64,000 nucleotides of DNA from Bdellovibrionales bacterium (GTDB taxonomy: Bacteria > Bdellovibrionota > Bdellovibrionia > Bdellovibrionales > JAGQZY01), in contig CAXRHT010000001.1 of assembly GCA_964230645.1 (NCBI GenBank), positions 619,194 through 683,193 of the forward strand. Direction: 5' to 3'. The notes under the pieces were generated by a model. The model was not told where the DNA came from. It worked only from the letters and a program-made list of their open reading frames with translations, and did not search any database. Shown here one piece after another: positions 48,476-58,039 of this stretch. The number at the start of each line of letters is the position of its first letter. Positions within the stretch are counted from its first letter, which is position 1. The position numbers and the translations under genes are program-made.

Positions 48476-49174
48476 TTAGGCTTCACACTCACTAGGAAAG
48501 TCGACAAAGCCATTGCGATAGTAATGCTGTTTAGATTCTCCTTTTGGAATCATCACCCACATTGCTCCAGAGTAGGCATCGTAGCTTTTAAAAAGTTCAA
48601 ACTCCCGGACCATTCCCTCAACCTCAACGGAAACAATAATTACATGGGACTCGATGGTGACTTGAAAACTCCCTTCTACTTTATGCCACTGCCAATAAGG
48701 CTCAGAGTCTAGCAACTCAAGCCATTGGTATTCGACCTTGTTTCCCTCTTTAAAACGGTAAAAGGTTGTATTTCCATAAACACCAGGAGCGGGTCCCCAC
48801 ATTACTACACGATTAAGAGCGTGCTCAAAGCTTGAAGGATCTCTTGGATCGAGCATATTCATAACGTCTTTAAGGAAAAGCGTATCCGCCAGAGTTTTCG
48901 TAACACTTGAGGGCAGAGTAAAAAGTCTTCCAACTTCATTGTTCCATTCTCTGTTGCTATCAAATGCGTAGCGAGCCTGTTGAACGAGTTTGGCGATCTC
49001 AGGGGTGTAAACTTCCACCACTCCTCCACAGGGGCCATCGGTTTGATGAATATCAGAAAGGTCTTCAGCCAACTGCAAGTAGGACTGTTCAATCTCAAGG
49101 ACTTTGCTGTTTTTCTCGGACGCTTGAGCCTGGGTCATTACAAGTGAAGCTATTAAAATTATTAAAGTTTTCAT
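48476..49174 (-). CDS. Secreted hypothetical protein
   Basis: Signal peptide MKTLIILIASLVMTQAQA; 232 aa; no motif recognised. Confidence 0.55.
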   Translation of the reverse strand: MKTLIILIASLVMTQAQASEKNSKVLEIEQSYLQLAEDLSDIHQTDGPCGGVVEVYTPEIAKLVQQARYAFDSNREWNNEVGRLFTLPSSVTKTLADTLFLKDVMNMLDPRDPSSFEHALNRVVMWGPAPGVYGNTTFYRFKEGNKVEYQWLELLDSEPYWQWHKVEGSFQVTIESHVIIVSVEVEGMVREFELFKSYDAYSGAMWVMIPKGESKQHYYRNGFVDFPSECEA

Positions 49175-49351
49175 GATTTCTCCTTTGTTAAGTTCAGGAT
49201 TAATTTACCTCTATTTTCCGATAAAAATAGATTTTTGAACTTAATTTCGGAGGTGTAAATTAATTATTTAGTTAATTAAACACTCTAAATTACTGAAATT
49301 AAAAAAACGACACCCCCGCGCCCATGATATAAAGGAGGGCCAAACAATGTA

Positions 49352-50206
49352 TTAATTTAAAGAGTGCACATAGCGGGTGAGCACATCAAGACTGAAGATC
49401 TCCACGAACTCTTCACCAAATGTGAAAGGAGCGCGAAAGCGAATATCAGTGCCTCGAGTGTATTCAAAGGGAGCCGATAGGATTTGGTTAGGATTATTGG
49501 GATCACTAAAAATAATTTTTTGTTTTTCTAAGTCAAAACCCAGTAGCACCATGGCGTGATAGTTTTCTCTTGAGAGACTTCCCCCCTCCACTGGATGCAC
49601 CACCATAATGCCGATGGAATCACCCCGAAGGTATCTCTGAATTCGATAAGGATAAAACTCAGAAGTGTAGCGGGCCACACTCAGACTTATTTCCTCAAAG
49701 GGATTATTGAAAAAAAAGATATTTTTTAATTCTTGCCAACGCTGAGACACGATATCGGTGAGAATTGGAACATTGGCTCCAAGCCTTGCATCACGCCCTG
49801 TTGCAGCCTCATACCAATCGACCAACTGTTCTGTGGCATAGGGGGCACCGTGATAAATTTCCAAAAAATTTTCCTCTGTGGCCATCATGGCACCAAGGAC
49901 ATTGGTAATAGAAGCTGAGGCGCACAGCCCGCCGTTGGGCACAAGGAGTCCCAGGTGACCGAGCCCCTCCTCGGATTGTTGCAGGAGCTTATCTCTGACA
50001 GCGTACTCCACAAAAACCCTTGAAGTGGTGTTTTCCGGAAAATCGTCCAAAGACAGCCCAAGTGGAAGAGCGGCCACGGAGGCCCGTTGTGGCATCGATG
50101 CTTCTGGAAAAGTTCTAAACACTTCACGACAAAGATTGGCTGAGCTCACACTTGAAATCAGCCATAATGCAAGAAGAAGGCCTAGAGGTCGGAAATTTGA
50201 TAACAT
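49352..50206 (-). CDS. Secreted putative papain-fold cysteine peptidase (C39-like)
   Basis: Signal peptide, then Cys-His-Asp in C39-like context and order: GGLCASASITNVL ... NYHAMVLLGFD ... IIFSDPN. Confidence 0.4.
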   Translation of the reverse strand: MLSNFRPLGLLLALWLISSVSSANLCREVFRTFPEASMPQRASVAALPLGLSLDDFPENTTSRVFVEYAVRDKLLQQSEEGLGHLGLLVPNGGLCASASITNVLGAMMATEENFLEIYHGAPYATEQLVDWYEAATGRDARLGANVPILTDIVSQRWQELKNIFFFNNPFEEISLSVARYTSEFYPYRIQRYLRGDSIGIMVVHPVEGGSLSRENYHAMVLLGFDLEKQKIIFSDPNNPNQILSAPFEYTRGTDIRFRAPFTFGEEFVEIFSLDVLTRYVHSLN

Positions 50207-50282
50207 AGTTATTTTTTGTGCAATATAAGTGCCCGCTCCTTCTCACCTTGCCAATTTTCTTATTCAGAGAGAGAATCTCTCC

Positions 50283-51206
50283 ATGTCAGCCATCTTAGAA
50301 ATCAAAAATGTATCCAAGGTCTACCAGGGTGGGTTTCAAGCTCTTAAGGACATCAATTTGGAAATCAAAAAAGGGGAGATTTTTGCCCTTCTTGGCCCTA
50401 ATGGCGCTGGGAAAACCACCCTGATCAACTCTATCTGTGGTTTGGTCAATCCTACAACAGGCACAATTAAAGTGGATGGATTCGATCATCAAAAAGATTT
50501 TAGGAAAGCCAGAAATTTAATCGGTCTTGTGCCACAGGAGCTCACTACCGATGCCTTTGAAAAAGTGCACGATACTGTCAGTTTTAGCCGTGGACTATTT
50601 GGCTATAAAAAAAATAAAGCCTATATCGATGAAATTCTGGATAAGCTTTCTCTAGGGGACAAGAAAAACAACAAATTATTTACTCTTTCTGGTGGTATGA
50701 AAAGGCGAGTGATGATTGCCAAAGCTCTAAGCCACGAACCTCAAATTCTCTTTCTTGATGAGCCCACCGCAGGTGTCGATGTGCAACTCAGAGAATCCAT
50801 GTGGGAACAAGTGAGTGAACTCAAAAATATGGGGGTCACTATTATATTAACCACTCATTATATTGAAGAGGCCGAGACAATGGCCGACCGGATCGGCATC
50901 ATCAACAAAGGATCCCTTGTGCAAGTTGATGAAAAATCCTCTTTGATCGAAAAACTGGGGAAAAGAAAACTAGTGCTTACTCTTGAGACTGACCTCTCGT
51001 CAGAAAATAAAAAAGACTTCGAAAATCAATTTGATGTTCACTGGGGAGACAAACAAATGATTTACGAATACAGCAGTCACTCTAAAAAACCCCAGATACC
51101 TAATCTTTTCAAAATGCTGGTCAAAAAAGACATCCCCTTTAAAGAAGTAGAAACTCAACAGAGCAGTCTACAAGATATTTTCGTGGATATTGTGAGGGAA
51201 AAATGA
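50283..51206 (+). CDS. ABC transporter ATP-binding protein (ABC-2 / drug-exporter type)
   Basis: Walker [12 protein letters not shown], signature LSGGMKRRV, Walker [13 protein letters not shown]. Confidence 0.85.
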   Translation: MSAILEIKNVSKVYQGGFQALKDINLEIKKGEIFALLGPNGAGKTTLINSICGLVNPTTGTIKVDGFDHQKDFRKARNLIGLVPQELTTDAFEKVHDTVSFSRGLFGYKKNKAYIDEILDKLSLGDKKNNKLFTLSGGMKRRVMIAKALSHEPQILFLDEPTAGVDVQLRESMWEQVSELKNMGVTIILTTHYIEEAETMADRIGIINKGSLVQVDEKSSLIEKLGKRKLVLTLETDLSSENKKDFENQFDVHWGDKQMIYEYSSHSKKPQIPNLFKMLVKKDIPFKEVETQQSSLQDIFVDIVREK

Positions 51207-51964
51207 ATTACCGAGGTGCTTTAGCAATTTACAAGTTTGAAATGGCACGAATGTGGAGAACCCTTGGACAAAGTATCGCCTCCCCTGTTATTTCCACTTG
51301 CCTTTACTTTGTGGTTTTTGGTTCAGCCCTTGGCTCAAGGATTAACGAAGTTGAGGGTATTGAATATGGATCTTTTATCGTTCCAGGGCTTGTTATGCTG
51401 ACTGTGCTCACTCAGTGTATCTCCAACGCCTCGTTTGGAATTTATTTTCCAAAGTTTACCGGCACAATTTATGAAATCCTCTCAGCCCCCATTTCGGTGT
51501 TTGAAATCGTTTTTGGTTACGTGGGAGCCGCGGCTTCAAAGTCCATTATCATTGCCACTGTGATCATGATCACCGCGACTTTTTTTGTAAAGCTTCAAAT
51601 ACTTCATCCCTTGTGGATGCTCTTTTTTCTTTTTCTGACAGCTTTTACTTTTAGTCTTTTTGGATTCTTAATAGGAATATGGGCGGACGGATTTGAAAAG
51701 TTACAAATATTTCCTTTGCTTGTTATTACACCGCTCACATTTTTGGGAGGCGCTTTTTATTCTATCCATATGCTCCCTCCCTTTTGGTACCAAGTTTCTC
51801 TCTTTAACCCCATGGTTTATTTAATCAGTGGATTTCGCTGGTCTTTCTACGGACAGAGTGATGTCTCGGTTGGAATAAGCTTAGGTGTTATTGGAGTGGT
51901 TCTAAGTATAACGGTCAGCCTGGTTTATTGGGTTTTCAAAACTGGTTACAAGCTTAAATCATAA
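51203..51964 (+). CDS. ABC-2 type transporter permease
   Basis: Six TM helices and a 4 nt overlap with the ATPase gene. Confidence 0.75.
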   Translation: MNYRGALAIYKFEMARMWRTLGQSIASPVISTCLYFVVFGSALGSRINEVEGIEYGSFIVPGLVMLTVLTQCISNASFGIYFPKFTGTIYEILSAPISVFEIVFGYVGAAASKSIIIATVIMITATFFVKLQILHPLWMLFFLFLTAFTFSLFGFLIGIWADGFEKLQIFPLLVITPLTFLGGAFYSIHMLPPFWYQVSLFNPMVYLISGFRWSFYGQSDVSVGISLGVIGVVLSITVSLVYWVFKTGYKLKS

Positions 51965-52801
51965 GAAATTGACAATTTCTTCTAGAAACACCTTGTATGA
52001 TTCCTCCCCGAGTGTGGTTGGGTCAAAACACAAGTGATTGTAACGCCTAAAAGGTGCTTTTCTGTTATCAAGACTTTTAAACTTCCATTTTGTCTTTTTT
52101 AAAACCCAACGCTTAAGCTTCCAAAAACTTACCAATTCATCTCTGGGGTGAACTAAAACCAAAGCTTCAGAGTTCTTTGCAAGACTTTTATCTTTGAATT
52201 TATTTTGGGAGTAAATAGTAAAGAAGCTTGTGTAAATTTCTGCTGGCACCCCCATTTCATGATAGCGATACCTGGCTTCAAACTCTGGATTTCGGAGTGA
52301 AATAGACGCCAAACGGTTGATGTGCGGTAAAAAGGGTTTAATAAGGGAGGTGTAACCGTGAAGTTTTAAGGCTGGGGCAATCAGTACCATTTTTTCAAAG
52401 GGGCATTCTTCAAAGTGATGCACTCCGATCAAGCCACCAAAGGAATAGCCCACAAAGAATATTTCGTCTCCGTACTTTTTTTTCAAATAATCATAGGCTT
52501 TCTTGTGAGCTTCAAGGTAGGATTCCGCACTCAGACTCCTATAATTTTCGTTACCGAAGTGTCCCGGTAAATGGAACAAGAAACAGCGAAAGCCCTCATC
52601 GTTGAGATCTTTGAGCAAATACTTTAGAGCTTCTGGTTTTTGATTAAGACCATGAGCACATAATAGCACTTTCGAATTCTCAGTATGACTAGGAAGCTCC
52701 TCAAGAAAGGAGGGTTTGTTTAACTTGCTCTTTAAGGTCTCCAGACTCACTCCATTGGGGCCAATTGATATTTCCAACAAATAGACGAAGTATTTCTTCA
52801 T
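51959..52801 (-). CDS. Alpha/beta hydrolase (lipase/esterase-like)
   Basis: HG oxyanion motif LLCAHG and nucleophile elbow GYSFGG. Start uncertain (ATG 52801 or 52828, or GTG near 52750). All options overlap the upstream gene. Confidence 0.65.
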   Translation of the reverse strand: MKKYFVYLLEISIGPNGVSLETLKSKLNKPSFLEELPSHTENSKVLLCAHGLNQKPEALKYLLKDLNDEGFRCFLFHLPGHFGNENYRSLSAESYLEAHKKAYDYLKKKYGDEIFFVGYSFGGLIGVHHFEECPFEKMVLIAPALKLHGYTSLIKPFLPHINRLASISLRNPEFEARYRYHEMGVPAEIYTSFFTIYSQNKFKDKSLAKNSEALVLVHPRDELVSFWKLKRWVLKKTKWKFKSLDNRKAPFRRYNHLCFDPTTLGEESYKVFLEEIVNFL

Positions 52802-54344
52802 CACGACTCTTCTTAGTGTGCATGGCAAACTCGAATAAGAGTAGTCCAGCTAAACCATCGGCAAGGGCAAAGGAAAGAGTTCGAGCCCCTTTTTGAAGAA
52901 TGTCTTGGTTCTGCCTATTTTTACTCAACCAAGCTTGAATTTCCCCAAAGAGTTTCTTAATTTTCCCAGCTTCTGGGCTCTCGTTAAGCGACCTCATTCT
53001 TTTTTCCAGATAGGTAAAACAATCCTTAGCATTGTCGCCCTGAGACAAGGCTCTTAACGTATCAAGGCTCATGATATTCGTTGTGCCCTCCCAAATAGAG
53101 AAGACCTGGGCGTCTCTTAAAAAACGAGGTATTTGAGTGTCTTCAATATACCCCGCTCCGCCAAAGCCCTCCACTAACTCACTGGTCGTATTCACCGATT
53201 TTTTGGCCGTCCACAGCTTGGCGACAGGAGTATAGACTCTCAGAAAAGCCAATTCTTCCTGATCGGCCTCGCCCACCTCTGAGCGCCCTAAGGCCTTTCC
53301 AAGTTGTGCGATGAAGTGAACGCAAGCTTTCGTATCCGCCTGAGCTTTCATAAGTGTTTGTTGGTGCAGAGGATGATCAATGAGCTTTTTACCAAAAGCC
53401 TCTCTCTTTTGAGAATAGTCTAAGAGCAAAGAATGGAGTCTATAAATCGTTCCGGTCGCACACACCGAATTATAAAGTCTTGAAATATTCAAAACTGTAG
53501 CAATATTTTTGACGCCGCTGCCAAGCTCTCCGATCAGTTCCCCCTCCACACCTTTCAGTTCTAATTCGGCGGTGGGCATGGCCTTTGTTCCCAATTTGTC
53601 TTTCAACCTTAAGACTTCAATGTTGTTAAGGTCTCCGTTCTCATCTCGAATTTTTACCATAAATAAACTCAGACGCTTTTTACCATCGACTTCAGTTTGC
53701 GCTAATGTCATCGCTAATTGAGCCGTAATCGCTGAGGTGAACCACTTGGTTCCATACAAATAGTAGCGCCCGTCTTTTCGTTCGGCATAGGTTTCGGAGC
53801 GGGATACATCAGAGCCCCCTGCTTTTTCCGTCATCCACTGACCGGCTGTCCAAAACTCCTCAGGGTCCCGGTGAGTGAGATGTTTGAAAGCCGCTTTCCT
53901 TGAGTCTGTCATGTTGGTTTCTAGCACTCTCGCCGCTCCATCGGTCATCGCAAGAGGACAGCTATAAAATGCTGAAGAGGGGTGAAAGAGCATCAGTTTT
54001 AAAAACTGATGAAGACGAGAATCAGAACCGGACTCACGCTCATAGCCAATAGCCACAATCCCCTCGCGAGCAGCCACCTCATGCAATTGATCCCAGGCTG
54101 GATGCATAACAATTTCATCCACTCTCTTGCCCCAGTGATCAAAAGCTTTATGAGTGGGTGGTTGCCCTTCGGCCTGCCACATCAATTCAAGAATCTCTCC
54201 CTTAGCGCGCTGGGAAAATTTTTTAAGATCTGTTTCAATTTTACCTGTGTGCTTCTTATCGCAATAAGCTTTTAGAACATCTGATAAATAAGTATTTTCC
54301 GAATAAAGATCTTTGTATTCGAAGTCCTCTTGTAGAAATTCCAA
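52701..54344 (-). CDS. Acyl-CoA dehydrogenase family protein (AidB-like, long form)
   Basis: 547 aa with ACAD middle and C-domain patterns (GGSDVS..., FGGAGYIEDTQIPRFLRDAQVFSIWEGTTNI). Confidence 0.75.
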   Translation of the reverse strand: MEFLQEDFEYKDLYSENTYLSDVLKAYCDKKHTGKIETDLKKFSQRAKGEILELMWQAEGQPPTHKAFDHWGKRVDEIVMHPAWDQLHEVAAREGIVAIGYERESGSDSRLHQFLKLMLFHPSSAFYSCPLAMTDGAARVLETNMTDSRKAAFKHLTHRDPEEFWTAGQWMTEKAGGSDVSRSETYAERKDGRYYLYGTKWFTSAITAQLAMTLAQTEVDGKKRLSLFMVKIRDENGDLNNIEVLRLKDKLGTKAMPTAELELKGVEGELIGELGSGVKNIATVLNISRLYNSVCATGTIYRLHSLLLDYSQKREAFGKKLIDHPLHQQTLMKAQADTKACVHFIAQLGKALGRSEVGEADQEELAFLRVYTPVAKLWTAKKSVNTTSELVEGFGGAGYIEDTQIPRFLRDAQVFSIWEGTTNIMSLDTLRALSQGDNAKDCFTYLEKRMRSLNESPEAGKIKKLFGEIQAWLSKNRQNQDILQKGARTLSFALADGLAGLLLFEFAMHTKKSRDEEILRLFVGNINWPQWSESGDLKEQVKQTLLS

Positions 54345-54450
54345 AACACGCCTCCACCTATCTTCTCATTTTGAGTCATCAGATTCCCTCAGCAGAGCCA
54401 AAAAGTCCAGGAATTTAGTCTCTTTGGTTTTTGGCCGATAAGGCTCATGT

Positions 54451-54603
54451 ATGGGAAGTCAGAAACTCAAAGAAATAAAATTTTCGGTGGAACGCAAAGC
54501 CAAAAACACCCGCCGTGTGGATGTGTACTTATTCGTCCTGGCCGGCAGCTTTATACTGACTTTTCTCCTTTCCCAAATTCTATTGGGCGTCTATTACATC
54601 TAA
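54451..54603 (+). CDS. Possible 50 aa single-TM small protein
   Basis: Own translation gives MGSQKLKEIKFSVERKAKNTRRVDVYLFVLAGSFILTFLLSQILLGVYYI, a basic N-terminus plus one clean TM helix. It is below the track size cutoff and has a weak SD (taagg). Confidence 0.25.
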   Translation: MGSQKLKEIKFSVERKAKNTRRVDVYLFVLAGSFILTFLLSQILLGVYYI

Positions 54604-54723
54604 TTTTCTTTAAATTTAAGCCTCTTTCAAATGACCATTTTCATGAATCTAATGTGTAAATAAGTAAACTTTAAAATACTAATTCTCTGCTTTAGAATCC
54701 CCCACACAACAAGGGAGAAATCT

Positions 54724-55251
54724 ATGATGAGACCAAATTCAAAAGCGCCAGAGCTTAAGATTAAAACAACGGAATCGGATCAATGGAATTTAGCCGATCA
54801 ATCGCCAGAAAAGTACACCATGGTGGTTTTTTACAGAGGGCTTCATTGCCCAGTTTGCAAGAGCTACTTACAGTCTCTAAACCAAAATTTCGAAAAATTT
54901 AAAGATCAGGGTGTCACCTCAATGATCGCCATCAGTGGAGACACAGAGGAAAAGGCACGTGAAGCTAAAAAAGGCTGGGAACTCACTAACCTAGAAATTG
55001 GCTTTGAGCAAACGACCGATCAAATGAAGGACTGGGGTCTTTTTATTTCCTCAGGAATCAAAGAAAGTGAACCGAAGTATTTTGGCGAGCCGGGACTTTT
55101 CCTGATCAACAGTAAAAATGAACTCTTTTATTGTGCAACCAACAGTATGCCCTTTGGTCGCCCACAATTTGACGATATGTTAAGTGCGTTGAAATTTATC
55201 AATAAAGAAAACTATCCTAGTCGCGGACAAGTTTCTTACGATGATGTCTAA
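54724..55251 (+). CDS. Peroxiredoxin-like thiol peroxidase (AhpC/TSA-redoxin fold)
   Basis: Motif VVFYRGLHCPVCKSYL; 175 aa; GGGAGAAA SD. Confidence 0.65.
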   Translation: MMRPNSKAPELKIKTTESDQWNLADQSPEKYTMVVFYRGLHCPVCKSYLQSLNQNFEKFKDQGVTSMIAISGDTEEKAREAKKGWELTNLEIGFEQTTDQMKDWGLFISSGIKESEPKYFGEPGLFLINSKNELFYCATNSMPFGRPQFDDMLSALKFINKENYPSRGQVSYDDV

Positions 55252-55258
55252 AAGCAAT

Positions 55259-55282
55259 AAAGGGAGCTTAAAAGCTCCCTTT
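55259..55282. terminator. Bidirectional hairpin between prx-like and csp genes
   Basis: Perfect palindrome aagggagctt/aagctccctt, abutting the csp stop codon. Confidence 0.6.
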
Positions 55283-55490
55283 AGTTTCCTTTACTAACAA
55301 CCCGGACCTCTGTGGCCACGGGCCCCTTCTTACCTTCTTTTATCACAAATTCAACTTCATCGCCTGGTTCTACTGGCTCTGAGAGTTGACTGACATGAAC
55401 AAAGACATCATCACCATTTAGAATTTCTATGAAACCAAACCCCTTGTCCTCTCGAAACCACTTCACCTTGCCTTTTTGAACTCCACTCAT
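55281..55490 (-). CDS. csp: Cold-shock protein (CspA family)
   Basis: GKVKWFREDKGFGFI (RNP1) and DVFVHVS (RNP2). ATG 55490 overlaps the slt TGA (ATGA). Confidence 0.85.
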   Translation of the reverse strand: MSGVQKGKVKWFREDKGFGFIEILNGDDVFVHVSQLSEPVEPGDEVEFVIKEGKKGPVATEVRVVSKGN

Positions 55491-57892
55491 AAAACTTCCC
55501 AAGTTTCCTTAGTCGGCGGAGTTCCTTCCAGATACACATTGACGTTTTCAGCAAGCCAAGAGGAAGCATTGGCGTCTTTATTATAAAGAAGGTTGTAAAG
55601 CGTATAGTAGCGAGTCACTTTTTTCACATATTTCCGAGTTTCACTGAAGGGAATATGCTCGATAAACTCGTCCATATCAAGTCTTCCAAATTGATAAAGC
55701 CATTTATGCACTCTATGGGGACCGCCATTGTAAGCGGCGGCGGCCAAAGGAATTTTTCCTTTAAACTTTTTCAAGTTCCTTTGCAAATAGCGCGCTCCAA
55801 TCTCTACACTTACCGGAGGCTCAAAAAGATCGGGTCCCTCTATTTTTTTTCCGATCATAGCAGCCACTTTTCTTCCTGTATGAGTCATGACCTGCATAAG
55901 GCCTCGAGCACCAACAGGAGACATGGCGTCGGGCCTAAAATTAGTTTCCGCCTTCATGATGCTCCAAATGAATTCAGCAGGAACATTGTATTTTCTCGCG
56001 TTGGCTAAAACTTCACTTTCAAAAGCTCTTGGGTAAACGTACTGCCAAAGAGCCGCTCCAATATGAAGACCCAGATGAGTCCGGTCGCCTGCAAAGTGAC
56101 GGGTGCCAATGTAGGCGGAGCGATGATAGATATCATTTCTGAAATATTCAAACATTAGGGTTTTCAAATAATCTTCGTTACGTGTTCTTCCCTCAATACT
56201 GTAGAGCTCCCACTTGGCAAGCTCCTTCATTCCCATAAGTGCTAAGTCTTTGGCTCGCGCAATGTGACGACGGAACTCCGGCTCGCTCACGGTGGCGTAT
56301 ATTTCTGTGGGTTTACCAAGGTTCACGTACTCTCTCATATAGGGAAGTTTTTCCCATTCCGCGTGAAAAACATCATTGGTCTTTTCCACTGTTGAAACTT
56401 CGGCTTGCTCGAGATGGCCCGGTGAGACCTGACCATCGGTAAAATGAGGAAGCCAGTTTTCGTGAAGGGTGATGGCATCATTATGTTGAACACTCGCAAG
56501 GGCTCTTGAGCCGATCATACCTTTGAGTCTTTGAACAGAAGCAATGGAATAATAATCAATGTACTCGTCTTGAGAGAGTTCTAAAAAGATATCTTTAGCA
56601 GCTTCTCTATTGCCAAGTCTCTTGAGGCTCATTGCCATCCAGTATTTAATTTTTTCTTTTGAAACTGAACGGTGAAGCTTACGACGTCTATTTTTTAGAG
56701 CCCACTTCCATTTGTCGTAGGCCTTTTGATAATGCCCTTTTAAATAATAAACCCATGGAATATACCAGTTAGACTGTTTTCCATAATAGGTAAAAGAATA
56801 CTTTTTTGCTAAAATTTCAAACTGTCTTAGAGCACTGTCGTAATCCTGATTTTGATAACTTAAGAACCCAGCTCTAAAAAGATAGCTTCTACCTTTATGC
56901 CCTGGGAATGTTTCGCTGGCTTTTAGAAAAATTCCGGCGGCCGTCTGATACTCTCCAGCTCTCGCTGCAGCCTTTCCAAAAAGGCTAATGTAGTCATCGT
57001 CTTTTAGCTTCTTATGATCTTTATAATAAACCTTGAGGCGATCGAATGCTTCTTGAACCATCCCTTCGTTCACTAAATACTCAGCCATGGTCATATCTTT
57101 TGTGAACTGATCCTCTTTAGACTTTTGAAACTCCTGCAACTCAGTGTAGGCTTTTTCGCTGGCACCCATCCACTGTAAGCGCTTAATTCGGTCTTGTTGG
57201 TCATCAAGAGTGTCTTTGCAAGCTAGAGCCTTACCATCCACCAGATTTCCCTGCCAGCGCAGTCCCCAGTGAGAGATTGGTTCATAGATTGGATATTTTT
57301 TATAAAGCTTTCTTGCCCAGTAGCAAGCATCCAACCTTCTTTTCTTGATATGATTGATTTTTAGAAGAGACCAAAGAATATCGGGATAAACTTCCGTATT
57401 GCGCATTTTGCGCTCAAGTTTTTTGTAGAGATCCTTTGCTTCATTATACTTTTGAGTCTCAAACAAGATTTCGGCAATTTTAAAATCTGTTTTTTCCTCG
57501 AGAATCTGTGAGGGATCTTTCTTATGCACTTTTTTGAAGGCACTTAAGGCTTCCTCAGAATTGTTCAATTCTAAATAGGAAAGGCCGCGATAATACTGGG
57601 CCACGTCTTCAAGCCTGGTTCCAATTTTGAGGGACTTATCCAGGTGACGAATGGCAAAATTAAAGTTTTTTTGTTCAAAGAAAATAATCCCTCGAAAAAA
57701 TTCAATCAAAGACAGACGATTGGGGTCAAGCTGGTCCAGAGGGATATTATTAAGCTGGGCGTGAGCCTCTTTGTACTTTTGCTGATTAAAGAACTTTTTT
57801 GCCTCATCCAGATTGGAGGTATTTGCCACCGCTCCTTGAGTAAAAATTAATAGGAATGAAAAAAGCGCTGAGCATATCAGCGCTTTTTTCAT
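55487..57892 (-). CDS. slt: Soluble lytic murein transglycosylase (Slt70-like: TPR/superhelical N-domain plus SLT domain)
   Basis: SLT motifs IMKAETNFRPDAMSPVGARGLMQVM and AAAAYNGGP. Signal peptide MKKALICSALFSFLLIFTQGAVA from ATG 57892. Track ORF extends to 57940. Confidence 0.8.
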   Translation of the reverse strand: MKKALICSALFSFLLIFTQGAVANTSNLDEAKKFFNQQKYKEAHAQLNNIPLDQLDPNRLSLIEFFRGIIFFEQKNFNFAIRHLDKSLKIGTRLEDVAQYYRGLSYLELNNSEEALSAFKKVHKKDPSQILEEKTDFKIAEILFETQKYNEAKDLYKKLERKMRNTEVYPDILWSLLKINHIKKRRLDACYWARKLYKKYPIYEPISHWGLRWQGNLVDGKALACKDTLDDQQDRIKRLQWMGASEKAYTELQEFQKSKEDQFTKDMTMAEYLVNEGMVQEAFDRLKVYYKDHKKLKDDDYISLFGKAAARAGEYQTAAGIFLKASETFPGHKGRSYLFRAGFLSYQNQDYDSALRQFEILAKKYSFTYYGKQSNWYIPWVYYLKGHYQKAYDKWKWALKNRRRKLHRSVSKEKIKYWMAMSLKRLGNREAAKDIFLELSQDEYIDYYSIASVQRLKGMIGSRALASVQHNDAITLHENWLPHFTDGQVSPGHLEQAEVSTVEKTNDVFHAEWEKLPYMREYVNLGKPTEIYATVSEPEFRRHIARAKDLALMGMKELAKWELYSIEGRTRNEDYLKTLMFEYFRNDIYHRSAYIGTRHFAGDRTHLGLHIGAALWQYVYPRAFESEVLANARKYNVPAEFIWSIMKAETNFRPDAMSPVGARGLMQVMTHTGRKVAAMIGKKIEGPDLFEPPVSVEIGARYLQRNLKKFKGKIPLAAAAYNGGPHRVHKWLYQFGRLDMDEFIEHIPFSETRKYVKKVTRYYTLYNLLYNKDANASSWLAENVNVYLEGTPPTKETWEVL
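57858..57890. terminator. Canonical bidirectional terminator-like hairpin lying on slt codons 1-12
   Basis: Perfect 14 bp arms gaaaaaagcgctga / tcagcgcttttttc with a 5 nt loop. The core is a GC stem flanked by A6 and T6. The last base of the arm is the G of the slt ATG. Confidence 0.6.
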
Positions 57893-58039
57893 CAGTCTTT
57901 CATCGGAATTTTTCAGGTAAAGTCTCATCCTTTCAATCATAACGATTCTCAGGGCAAACGCTAAGGCCAGATCGCAATTGCTCTCTTAAAGTTGTGCTTG
58001 CTGCTTAAAAGCCTTGCTGGCACTAGACTTTAGTCTACA

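Noticed and set aside
52701-52828. 101-128 nt overlap between the acyl-CoA dehydrogenase 3' end and the alpha/beta hydrolase 5' end, considered as a frameshift or fusion artefact
   Set aside because: The ACAD length (547 aa) matches the AidB-like family, and the hydrolase core (HG...GYSFGG) lies well downstream. The overlap most likely reflects an over-extended hydrolase start (GTG near 52750 or later). No broken frame is visible.
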